The notes beneath the pieces were generated by a model, which was not told the origin of the DNA, ran no database searches, and saw nothing but the letters and a program-made list of their open reading frames with translations. From positions 1-56,882 of IMG/VR virus record IMGVR_UViG_3300035136_000021: 56,882 nucleotides of DNA. The stretch is one strand, 5' to 3'. The first letter of the stretch is position 1. Each line of letters opens with the position of its first letter. The position numbers and the translations under genes are program-made. Source of the stretch: a virus (Duplodnaviria > Caudoviricetes). Shown here piece by piece: positions 48,021 to 56,882 of the stretch.

Positions 48021-49173
48021 TATTTAACTCCTTATCTTTAGTTATTTTTGTTCTATTCCCATAAGATTCTAAAAACCCTTGATTCTTTAAATCATTAATG
48101 TATTTAGAAATTTCTCTTTGTCCTATTTCTAAATTTTCAGAACTTTTTTTAACACCTGGAATTATTGAATTTTTATTATTTTGTTTAATGTATTCAATAT
48201 ATTTATCTTTATTTGTTTGTTTGTTTAATATTATTACATTATTTTTTTTAAGTTCTTTAGATCCATTAAGTTCTTTAGATCCATTAAGTTCTTCAGATCC
48301 ATTAAGTTCTTCAGATCCATTAAGTTCTTTAGATCCATTAAGTTCTTTAGATCCATTAAGTTCTTCAGATCCATTAAGTTCTTCAGATCCATTAAGTTCT
48401 TTAGATCCATTAAGTTCTTTAGATCCATTAAGTTCTTCAGATCCATTAAGTTCTTCAGATCCATTAAGTTCTTCAGATCCATTAAGTTCTTCAGATAACA
48501 TTTTAGTACTATACATTAATATTTGTAATATAGTACCAATTAATAAAAATAATAAAAATATCAAAGTATTACTTTTAATATTTGTTATTTCTTCTAATTT
48601 TAAAATACTATTAGAAATACCTGTTATTTTTATTTTTTTAACAACTGTTTTTTCAGGTTCTTCAAGTTCATTTAATTTTAATTGTATAGATTCTTTATAA
48701 TCTATTAATTTTTGTTTTGCTTGGTCATATTGTTCAATTATTTTTTCTTTTTTTTCCCAACTAGGTATTTGATAAATTTTAATATATTCAGTTATATCAG
48801 GATAATTATTTATATCTTTTTTAGCATCATTTAAATCAATTTTTAAAGCTTTTTTTTCTTCTATATATATTTTATATTTAGGATTTTTAAAGGTCTTATA
48901 TTGACTTTTAAATGCATTATCAATGATATTAATACCATTAGATACAAAACCAAATAAAGAAATTAATGTTGCAAAAAAACAAATTATAATCATTAAAAAT
49001 TTTAACTTAATATTCTTAATATTCTTAAGTTCATTAATATATAACCACATTGATAATTCTAAAATAATAATAACAATAACTAAAATCCAATGTATTTCAA
49101 TATAAAAAGATATACTGAAAATTAAACTAGTAAATAATACTATTATAGATAATATTTTAAAAATATAAGACAT
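48010..49173 (-). CDS. Multi-TM membrane protein with coiled coil, S[EK]ELNG repeats and C-terminal winged helix
   Basis: 3+1 TM segments; C-term IG....SK....LKNQGFLE. Confidence 0.7.
   Translation of the reverse strand: MSYIFKILSIIVLFTSLIFSISFYIEIHWILVIVIIILELSMWLYINELKNIKNIKLKFLMIIICFFATLISLFGFVSNGINIIDNAFKSQYKTFKNPKYKIYIEEKKALKIDLNDAKKDINNYPDITEYIKIYQIPSWEKKEKIIEQYDQAKQKLIDYKESIQLKLNELEEPEKTVVKKIKITGISNSILKLEEITNIKSNTLIFLLFLLIGTILQILMYSTKMLSEELNGSEELNGSEELNGSEELNGSKELNGSKELNGSEELNGSEELNGSKELNGSKELNGSEELNGSEELNGSKELNGSKELKKNNVIILNKQTNKDKYIEYIKQNNKNSIIPGVKKSSENLEIGQREISKYINDLKNQGFLESYGNRTKITKDKELNNVK
48248..48495. repeat. About 13 x 18-bp coding tandem repeat AGTTCTT[T/C]AGATCCATTA
   Basis: Read directly. 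Confidence 0.95.
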
Positions 49174-49208
49174 TTGAAAAACCTCCTTTAAAAATTTACT
49201 ATATTCAT

Positions 49209-49237
49209 ATTATACTAAAATAAATACAATATTTCAA
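49209..49237 (-). promoter_or_regulatory. Sigma-A-type promoter overlapped by an inverted repeat
   Basis: TTGAAA-N11-TTTTAG-TATAAT; IR ATAAATACAATATTTCAA-N8-TTGAAATATTGTATTTAT. Confidence 0.75.
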
Positions 49238-49310
49238 TAGTATTTTTGAAATATTGTATTTATATTTTTGACATAATTTTAAAATAATGGTATTATTCAA
49301 ATATCTTCAT

Positions 49311-51725
49311 TTATATTTTTAAATTAAATTCATTTGAGGATTCATAATCTTTTATGAATTCATCATTTATTTTTATTCTTTTAAAACCTCTTTGATGTTT
49401 TTTATCAAAGATTTCGAGATTTTTTGAAAAAATCACACTAGGAAATTTTGAATGCATTTCTTCAATGAAATTATTTGTTTTCATTTTTGCGGAATATTTA
49501 TTGTTCAATAGTTCTATGCAAAAATATTTATAATATTTCATCATATCTTTTTGTAAAATCATGTCATTATCAAATGTTGTTATAGTACAACAACTAGTAA
49601 TAAAATCAATTACAGGCGAATCAATGATGCTATAATGATCTTTCAGTAAGTTATTTTCTTCAACTTCTGAAAAATTTAAATTATTTTTCATAAGTCTTTT
49701 TAATCCTTCAACCGCCCATGTCAAAACACCTTGAATATTAAATTTATCAATTAAATTTTTGTCTTGTAAATTTTTAGGACAAACGTTATAAAAAGGGATT
49801 ATCAACATTCTATTAAAAAACTCTTTTGATTTATCTCTACTTGGTGGAAATCTATTCATTGAGAATAATAACCTTGAAGTATTTCTTTGAAATATAGGAT
49901 CTTTACCTTTTTTTTCGAATCTCATGTAATCGTCTCCTGTCAAAAGATTGACAATACTTGAATCTTCAATAGGTAATGCTGGGATATCACCACAAATATT
50001 AACTAATGTGTTTCTAAGAGGTGCAGTATTAAATTTTGAATTTTTGTTCGTTAGATCTTGTAATGACATTGCACTCGTTTGATTTTCACCTATTAATCGT
50101 TTCAAAACTTCTAAAATTACAGATTTTCCACAATCACCAGGTCCATATAAACAGAAAAACTTTTTTGCCCTATTGTTGTTAATTAAACAATAACCAAAAA
50201 TTTCTTGAACTATTTTTTGTTGTTCCTGGCTTAAAGTTTCATTTAAAAACTTTAACCAAACATTGCAATTTATAGTTTTATCATAATCGTAATTTATTAT
50301 GTAAGTATTTTTAAATTCTGGAGATTTGTCAATAACTTTAAGGTTATTATATCCTAAAGATGTTTGTAATATCACATTCTTAAGATTTATTATGTTATTG
50401 CATGTATTGAAATGTTTACTTGACATAAAATTTCTTAAGAGTTGATTATATACCTCAGTTACATAATTATCTTTTTTATATTTATTGTTGTATATACTTG
50501 GTAAATGATTTTCTATTATTTTTTTAAGTTCATAAGGTTTTATATTTTTAAAGTAACCAAAATCATCATATATTAATAATTCGTGTTCTGTATTATACAC
50601 ATAATGTTCATAGATCAAATGATTTCTAAGGATCGTCAAATCTATTTCATATTTACCATTATTAAATATTACCCAATCATAATTTAAATCATTTTCAAAG
50701 CTAAAATCTACATTAAGATCAAAAGCTTCATTTATTTTTTTACAAGATTGTAACATGGTACATTTATCCATATGCATTACAAAGTCTATTATACTACCAC
50801 CCTTTTTGCATCCAAAACAATAAAAAGAATTATCACTTAAATAAAATCGAAACGATGGGGTATTATCTTCATGATCGGGTAGTGGACAATTCATGTTTTC
50901 ATTATCATTAAGTTCTATTTCGTAAAGTCTTAAAATTTCTTCAATAGATACTTTTGATTTTATATAATCAAAAATATCATTTTCATCTAATGATTTATTA
51001 CGTTTTTTTTTATCAACATTTTGAAAGATTTTTGATATATCAAAATGTCGATATTCTTCAAATCTTTTGTATATTTTGATTACATTGTTATTTAATTTTC
51101 CAATTTTCTTAGGATTAAAATTTTTATATACATTTCCTGTAAGTATGATGCAATGATTATTATTAAAAAATTCAATTCCAGATTTATTAGATAATTCTTT
51201 ATATTTTATATGTATTTTTTTCATTTTTATTGATAATATTTTTAAATTATTCCATTTGATAGAGTTTTCAAAAATAATATGTAAACCTTTAAAACTTTTA
51301 GAATATTCTATGTAAGGATTCATATTACTTACTTGATCTACAATATCTTGAGCAAAATCATATAAATTATTATTATTATCTATACAATCATCTAAATCTA
51401 TTACAAAAAAATTATTATGCAAACTTAAAGTATAATATAAGTTATTAATATTATTAGATGTTATATTATCAAAAGAATTAAAGTTCTTGTGATCTATACC
51501 ATTTACATTATATTTATCCGTATTACAAGGAGCTCCAAATTCATTTGAATATAACCAACTTTTAGATTCTTTCAATTGATAGGGTATATTTTTTATAGTT
51601 TTATGCGATATGTGATTTTTCATAAATCGTTTCTGTTTATTATTTTTTTCTTTACCTAAAACTTCAAAAGGACTTATATCAATTGTTTCTATATCTTTTA
51701 TTTTTTCCATGGTATTATTACCCAT
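49311..51725 (-). CDS. Primase-helicase: prim-pol + CHC2 Zn finger + P4/D5-type SF3 helicase
   Basis: IDLDDC, E.S.S..GLH; CPLPDH...FYCFGC; LYGPGDCGKS Walker A; RM.IIPF. Confidence 0.9.
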   Translation of the reverse strand: MGNNTMEKIKDIETIDISPFEVLGKEKNNKQKRFMKNHISHKTIKNIPYQLKESKSWLYSNEFGAPCNTDKYNVNGIDHKNFNSFDNITSNNINNLYYTLSLHNNFFVIDLDDCIDNNNNLYDFAQDIVDQVSNMNPYIEYSKSFKGLHIIFENSIKWNNLKILSIKMKKIHIKYKELSNKSGIEFFNNNHCIILTGNVYKNFNPKKIGKLNNNVIKIYKRFEEYRHFDISKIFQNVDKKKRNKSLDENDIFDYIKSKVSIEEILRLYEIELNDNENMNCPLPDHEDNTPSFRFYLSDNSFYCFGCKKGGSIIDFVMHMDKCTMLQSCKKINEAFDLNVDFSFENDLNYDWVIFNNGKYEIDLTILRNHLIYEHYVYNTEHELLIYDDFGYFKNIKPYELKKIIENHLPSIYNNKYKKDNYVTEVYNQLLRNFMSSKHFNTCNNIINLKNVILQTSLGYNNLKVIDKSPEFKNTYIINYDYDKTINCNVWLKFLNETLSQEQQKIVQEIFGYCLINNNRAKKFFCLYGPGDCGKSVILEVLKRLIGENQTSAMSLQDLTNKNSKFNTAPLRNTLVNICGDIPALPIEDSSIVNLLTGDDYMRFEKKGKDPIFQRNTSRLLFSMNRFPPSRDKSKEFFNRMLIIPFYNVCPKNLQDKNLIDKFNIQGVLTWAVEGLKRLMKNNLNFSEVEENNLLKDHYSIIDSPVIDFITSCCTITTFDNDMILQKDMMKYYKYFCIELLNNKYSAKMKTNNFIEEMHSKFPSVIFSKNLEIFDKKHQRGFKRIKINDEFIKDYESSNEFNLKI

Positions 51726-51729
51726 ATAA

Positions 51730-51906
51730 TCACTCCTTTTCATAGTCTATTTCATCAATTAAATGTTCGATTATTTCAGTCATGGTTAAATTATTAGTTT
51801 CACTCATGATTTTTAATTTTTCAATAGTAGTTTCTTTTAATCTAAAATTAATCAGTCTTTTTTTATTTTTTTCGCGATATTCCTTAATATTTGATATAAC
51901 ACTCAT
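51730..51906 (-). CDS. Ribbon-helix-helix (CopG-like) regulator
   Basis: INFRL......L...S.....T.TEIIE.LI; directly upstream of the rep gene. Confidence 0.7.
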   Translation of the reverse strand: MSVISNIKEYREKNKKRLINFRLKETTIEKLKIMSETNNLTMTEIIEHLIDEIDYEKE

Positions 51907-51999
51907 ATTTTTAACACCGTCCTTTATTATTTGATATTTCTTATTATACAGCATTATTTACATTATGTATATACACCTTGTAAATATAATATGGTTATT

Positions 52000-53230
52000 G
52001 TAACTGACAGGCATTTTTTAAAATCCTTGAATCTATTGATATAACTGACTTAAAGACACATAGGTAAAAAAAGCTTAAAACCTTCCTTTAATTTCTGAAA
52101 AAAATTTTAAATCTAAATTTTAATAATTATTAAAAAAAATCTAAAGAACTCTAGATTTATAAGTGTTTTTGATTATATTTATATATTTGAATATTTAGAT
52201 ATTACAATATATTTGTATAAATATGTAAAAAGTACCTTTAGACCACTGATATGAATAGATTCAAAGATCCTTGTATTTTTAAATTATATAACTGTTGATA
52301 AAACTAATGCCTAGACTAACTAAAAAATGCCTAATTCGTGCCTAAACTAACAACACTATATTAAAATTACTAAAATCTTTGACTGGTTCAAATCTACTAT
52401 ATTAGTACAACAGAAAAAAATGGATATTAAATTATACATTAGTTAACAAACCTTAAAACACTATTAAACACTCATTTGATAAAAATAAAAGACAACTGTA
52501 GATAATTTTCGTGCCTAGACTAACAAACGATTAAAATCTAGATGCACTCTTTTGTATCGATAGATTCAAAGGTTTTTTTTAAACCTTAGGCATTTTAGGC
52601 ATTAAAACTGAATAGAATCTATATCAAAAAATTGAATTGAAACATTTATTTACAAAATTTAAAAAAATTATATATGCTGTAATATTACTACAATACATAA
52701 TATAAGTAAAAATAGTATATATTTTATATGTAATATATACATATCTATATATTTTTAAGAAAATTAAAAAAAATAAAATATATATTATAAGCAAATTCAA
52801 TGCCTAAAATGCCTAAAAAAAATGCTGACATATTGAAAGTATTGATATTAGTTACTAGTATTGATAAATTAATAAAAATAAAAAAATGCCTGTTAGTTAT
52901 ACTATCAATGTAATTTTTTATATAATTATTGTGATATCAATGAATTCAAGTTTTTTGTCATGTATACTAACAGGCATTTTTTCAGGCAAAAAAAATGCCT
53001 AAATTAATAAATTGTAAAAATAAGTAAGCATTTATTAGAAATCTTAAGATTCTTAAAGTTATTAAAAATCTTTGAATTTATTGATATTACTGAATTAATA
53101 TTATTATTTTAATTGTAGTATTATTTAAAAAAAAAATTTAAAAATCAAAACAAGGTTTCAAGCTTTTTTTGCCTAAGTGCTTTAAGACTAGTAATATCAA
53201 TAAATTCAAGGATTTTAAAAAATGCCTAAA
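52000..53230. repeat. Non-coding iteron-like cluster (locus B), putative origin
   Basis: Many TGCCTA/TAGGCA copies, AGGCA-N7-TGCCT at 52984, AT-rich core at about 52640-52800. Confidence 0.7.
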
Positions 53231-53310
53231 TTAAAAAAAAGCATGTATTAAAAAAGTATATATGATATAATACAAATTGGATAAAATTTTAATTATTAAC
53301 AAAAAAAAAT

Positions 53311-53342
53311 CAAAGGAAGCTAAGAATTCTTAGCTTCCTTTG
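53311..53342. terminator. Perfect 32-bp palindrome ending the minus-strand operon
   Basis: CAAAGGAAGCTAAGAA|TTCTTAGCTTCCTTTG. Confidence 0.75.
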
Positions 53343-53368
53343 TTTCAAAATAATTCTGATTTGTTTAA

Positions 53369-53617
53369 TTATGTTTTGATATCAAATATAGATTCTATAA
53401 ATAATATAAGTTTATTACCTATTACAATTCCTTTATTTATATCATTCACAAACGCTAATAATATACAACTAATTAATATTTGTATTGATATGTTAATCCA
53501 ATTATCACCTTTAACTAAAGATTTAATAACACTTAAAAACATACCTATCACACAAATTACAAATAATAAAGGATTCAAATTATTTAATATATTATTAGTA
53601 TTATTTATAGCATCCAT
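53369..53617 (-). CDS. Small 2-TM membrane protein (pilin/TcpD-like topology)
   Basis: AGGAG RBS; two hydrophobic helices. Confidence 0.6.
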   Translation of the reverse strand: MDAINNTNNILNNLNPLLFVICVIGMFLSVIKSLVKGDNWINISIQILISCILLAFVNDINKGIVIGNKLILFIESIFDIKT

Positions 53618-53688
53618 TTAAATCACTCCTAAAAAATTTTGATATATTAAAAATATTATATCAAAATTCATACAATATATCAAACTAA

Positions 53689-54468
53689 TTATTTCCTAAT
53701 ATAGAAAATATCATTGAAAATATCATTAAAACTAAGATCAAAAAATTTACAAGTATTCACTATATCTTTATACGTAAATGTCGATTTATTATATAATTTA
53801 TTATAAACATGAGGGGTTGTATAACCCAAACATGTCTTAAAATCTTTTATTTTTTTTTCTTGTTTCTTACATAAATTTTTAAAATCTTCAAAATTTATGT
53901 ATAAATTTAACAAATTTATATCTTTTATTTCATTTATTAATTCTACATTTGTATTTTGCCCAAATATTGTATTATTTATTAATTTAACAGTTGGACAAAA
54001 TACATCATTTACTTTTAAATTCAATTTCAACAATAACTTTATACCTTCTTCTAACGTTATTTTAGTTTTTTGATTTATTTTATCGTAAACTGTTACTCTT
54101 TTTTTACCCCATAATTTTTCAATATCTTTTAATTTTAAATTATGTCGCTTAAATAGTGATCTTAAATATTCATTATTTATATTATATTTATTTGATTTTT
54201 CATAGGGTAATGAGTTTAAAATTTTTGATTCGTTTAATACTAAATTTATTTCAGATATAGTTGGTGCAAATAAATTCAATATATTCATTTTCAACATGTC
54301 TGATATGACAATACCTTCGTAAATATATATTAATGAATAACCTGAGAACTTTATATTTAAAGCATTAAGCGTCAAATTAAGATTATTAGCTATATCTTTT
54401 TTGTTAATATTTTTTAATTTTATTATTTTATAAAGATATTTGTTATTATATGTATAATATCTATTCAT
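53689..54468 (-). CDS. Regulator with three tandem Cro/XRE-like HTH domains
   Basis: Three repeats ending in ...N[DL][LVI]F, each with a K..N/G HTH turn; AGGAG RBS. Confidence 0.7.
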   Translation of the reverse strand: MNRYYTYNNKYLYKIIKLKNINKKDIANNLNLTLNALNIKFSGYSLIYIYEGIVISDMLKMNILNLFAPTISEINLVLNESKILNSLPYEKSNKYNINNEYLRSLFKRHNLKLKDIEKLWGKKRVTVYDKINQKTKITLEEGIKLLLKLNLKVNDVFCPTVKLINNTIFGQNTNVELINEIKDINLLNLYINFEDFKNLCKKQEKKIKDFKTCLGYTTPHVYNKLYNKSTFTYKDIVNTCKFFDLSFNDIFNDIFYIRK

Positions 54469-54497
54469 AAAATCACTCCTTTTTAATTTATATCTGA

Positions 54498-54599
54498 ATT
54501 ATACTAAAATTTTTACAATAAGTCAAAAGACATTTTATGTTATTATATTTGACATATTGTAAAAATTTTATTATGATTATAATTATAATCATAATAAAA
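54498..54599. promoter_or_regulatory. Back-to-back divergent promoters with a 34-bp palindromic operator candidate
   Basis: Minus: TTGACT-17-TATAAT (54526-54498); plus: TTGACA-17-TATGAT (54549-54577); palindrome 54566-54599. Confidence 0.75.
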
Positions 54600-54637
54600 A
54601 TATTAAAAATATTAAAAATATTAAAAAGGGTGATCAT

Positions 54638-56614
54638 ATGAAAAAAACTTTTTTAGATGAATATTTAAATGATCTTGTAAAAACATATAAAATGAGAAAA
54701 AAAAATAAAGATATAAGCGACGTAATTTATTTAAATAATATAAATAAAATATTTGCATATAAAGTATATAATAAATTGAAATTGAACCATAGGAAAAATA
54801 TTTTAAAATATTCAACTATTTGTGGAATCTTAAGTTTTTTAGGTATTCAATATTTCGAATTACCTATAATTTTAGATTTGTGTGTTTCTTTATCATTTAC
54901 TTTATTAATAATTAAGAAAATTAATGAATTAAAATATACTATAGTTTTGTATTATAAAGAAAAATTTAAACAAATTAATTTTTGTAAAGAAAATCAAGCA
55001 CCAAAATTGTTAGGGTTTCATAGAAATAATAATAATAAAGAAGTATATTATTTCAGGACAATGTTACCTTTGATTCATTGGAAAAATAATATAGAAAAAT
55101 TAGAAATGATATTTTCTAAATATATTATAGATATAAATAATCATAAAGGTAAATTAAATACCATTGAACTCACATTATCTAATAAAAAAGAAACTTTAGA
55201 TTTAAAAAGTTCTAAAGTTTCTAATGATGTTAAAATCCAAAAATTTTTTGAATTAAAAAATATAGATTGTAAAATTATGAATTATAAAATTAAAGAATAT
55301 CAAGAAATTATAGATTTTAATACTAGTACTGATTTTAAAGATATTAGTAAATACATCAATGATTTACAAATAAAATGTAAATTATCTAAAATATTTTTAG
55401 AACCTGGAGATATCGGAGATTACAAACTATTGATCAATAAAAAAATAAAATTAATAGATTTTTATGAATTTTACAATTCAGGTAAAATAAAACTTAATGA
55501 AAAAAATAATATAAGTCTTGGAATATCTTCAAATTCTGAGATTCAATATTTAGACATTTACAATATTATACATTTGTTATTGGCTGGTACGACAGGTGGT
55601 GGCAAATCTAACACATTAAATACTATCTTGATATCTCTTTATTTGTCAAATAGGAAAAATATTGCTTTTATTTTACTAGATCCAAAAAAAGCTGAATTAA
55701 AAAAATATAGACATTTACCAAATACTGTTTATTCAGGTGATTTTGATAATATGTTGATATTGTTGAAAGAAGCTGAAAAAGAATTAAACAGAAGAGAAAA
55801 TATAATTGATTCGGATGATTTTGTAAAAGATATTGAAGCATGGAATCGTAAATATCCAGATAATAATATGCATTATATTGTGATAGCTATTGAAGAAATA
55901 GCAGATTTATTAAGTAAAGAAAAAAATAATGAAAATAATGAAGAATTTAAAAGATTATTAAAAAGATTCGCTCAAGTTGGGAGGTCTTTAGGATTTCGAT
56001 TAATTTTGTGTACTCAACATCCAAGAGCTGATATAATTGATACACCAATCAAACTTAATTGTTTGACACGTTTAGCATTCAGTTGTGATAATACAAATAG
56101 TTCAAAGCTTATATTAGACAATAATTTAGCGATCAATCTTAAAAAAGGCGAGAGTGTATTAAAAAATAATGGTTATACATTTCTTAAAATCTTTTATATT
56201 AATGATAAAAAAGATTATGTAACTATAGAATATTTAAAAAAATTATATTCTGAAAATATTAATGAATCTGTGAAACTTATGATATCTAATTTTGAAAATA
56301 GTATAGAATCTAAAATAAATGAACCTAAAATTAATGAACCTAAAATTAATGAACCTAAAATTAATGGATCTACACTCACTATTAAAATAAATAATTGTTT
56401 CGATTTATTAAATTTTTATAAAGAAACTAAAAATAACGATAATTCTATAAAATCATTAAACGAAACTGTAAAGTATACTGATAAAGGGCGAACAACAATA
56501 AATAAAATGAGAGAAGAATTAAAGAATCAAGGATATCTTGAAACAAAAGGTGTTGGAAAAAATAAGAAAATGTATATAACAAATCTTGATAAACCTTTGA
56601 TTAGAATTATGTAA
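54638..56614 (+). CDS. FtsK/SpoIIIE-family DNA translocase: 2 TM, ATPase, C-terminal winged helix
   Basis: HLLLAGTTGGGKS, LDPK..EL, IEEIADL, GRSLG..L..CTQ.P; KINEP linker; LKNQGYLE. Confidence 0.9.
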   Translation: MKKTFLDEYLNDLVKTYKMRKKNKDISDVIYLNNINKIFAYKVYNKLKLNHRKNILKYSTICGILSFLGIQYFELPIILDLCVSLSFTLLIIKKINELKYTIVLYYKEKFKQINFCKENQAPKLLGFHRNNNNKEVYYFRTMLPLIHWKNNIEKLEMIFSKYIIDINNHKGKLNTIELTLSNKKETLDLKSSKVSNDVKIQKFFELKNIDCKIMNYKIKEYQEIIDFNTSTDFKDISKYINDLQIKCKLSKIFLEPGDIGDYKLLINKKIKLIDFYEFYNSGKIKLNEKNNISLGISSNSEIQYLDIYNIIHLLLAGTTGGGKSNTLNTILISLYLSNRKNIAFILLDPKKAELKKYRHLPNTVYSGDFDNMLILLKEAEKELNRRENIIDSDDFVKDIEAWNRKYPDNNMHYIVIAIEEIADLLSKEKNNENNEEFKRLLKRFAQVGRSLGFRLILCTQHPRADIIDTPIKLNCLTRLAFSCDNTNSSKLILDNNLAINLKKGESVLKNNGYTFLKIFYINDKKDYVTIEYLKKLYSENINESVKLMISNFENSIESKINEPKINEPKINEPKINGSTLTIKINNCFDLLNFYKETKNNDNSIKSLNETVKYTDKGRTTINKMREELKNQGYLETKGVGKNKKMYITNLDKPLIRIM

Positions 56615-56779
56615 AATAATACATTATAGTAAATAATTAATAATATGATGTGTCGAAAAATATATAAAACAAGACTTTTGATTTATTGTGTTTATTGTGT
56701 CAAAAGTCTTTTTTTATTAGTGTTTTATTGTGTCAATATTATTTTTTATTGTGCTAATATTATATTATATTTTATTTCT

Positions 56780-56882
56780 TTGCTACAAAATATTCTTTGC
56801 TACAAAATATTCTTTGCTACAAAATATTCTTTGCTACAAAATATTCTTTGCTACAAAATATTCTTTGCTACAAAATATTCTT
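56780..56882. repeat. 6 x 17-bp A-variant units, continuous with the start of the window
   Basis: Identical to 1-103, suggesting a circular molecule or an assembly overlap. Confidence 0.95.

Noticed and set aside
48098-48700. (SSDPLS)n and (MDLKNL)n ORFs
   Set aside because: Shadow frames of the 18-bp repeat inside the 48010-49173 gene
56651-56657. Spo0A box TGTCGAA (also near 8734 and 40848)
   Set aside because: A few 7-mers are expected by chance and they do not overlap the identified promoters

Overview
The window looks like a complete, circularly permuted genome of a very AT-rich tailed phage (siphovirus-like) of a Firmicutes host. Both ends fall inside the same 17-bp tandem array, and sigma-A-type promoters, AGGAG ribosome-binding sites and Firmicutes-type parS sites are present. 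Layout: early/accessory genes with a RuvC-like nuclease, a RyR-domain protein and a Tad1-domain fusion (0.5-4.6 kb); SNF2 helicase, SSB and PolB (4.6-10.3 kb); small accessory genes (10.5-17.5 kb); a mostly non-coding control region with iteron-like motifs, two parS sites, divergent G-rich repeat arrays and an Acb2/Tad1-hairpin gene (17.5-22.2 kb); Mu-like head and non-contractile tail genes (23.5-46 kb); lysis (46-47.4 kb); and a plasmid-like block (47.4-56.9 kb) with membrane proteins, an RHH + prim-pol/SF3 helicase replicon, a triple-HTH regulator and an FtsK/SpoIIIE ATPase. I recognise no integrase, ParA or ParB. The best candidate for an undescribed system is chromosome mimicry: host-type parS sites, a polar CTNA(A/G)G(A/G)A motif pointing away from the parS locus (even inside coding repeats), and a phage FtsK/SpoIIIE translocase with a partner membrane protein carrying a similar C-terminal winged helix. 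Together these could drive directional segregation or transfer (forespore, daughter or neighbour cell) of a plasmid-like prophage. Also notable are several nucleotide-sponge anti-defence candidates and an orphan TnpB omega-RNA-like element. All family assignments come from motif recognition by eye, not database searches.
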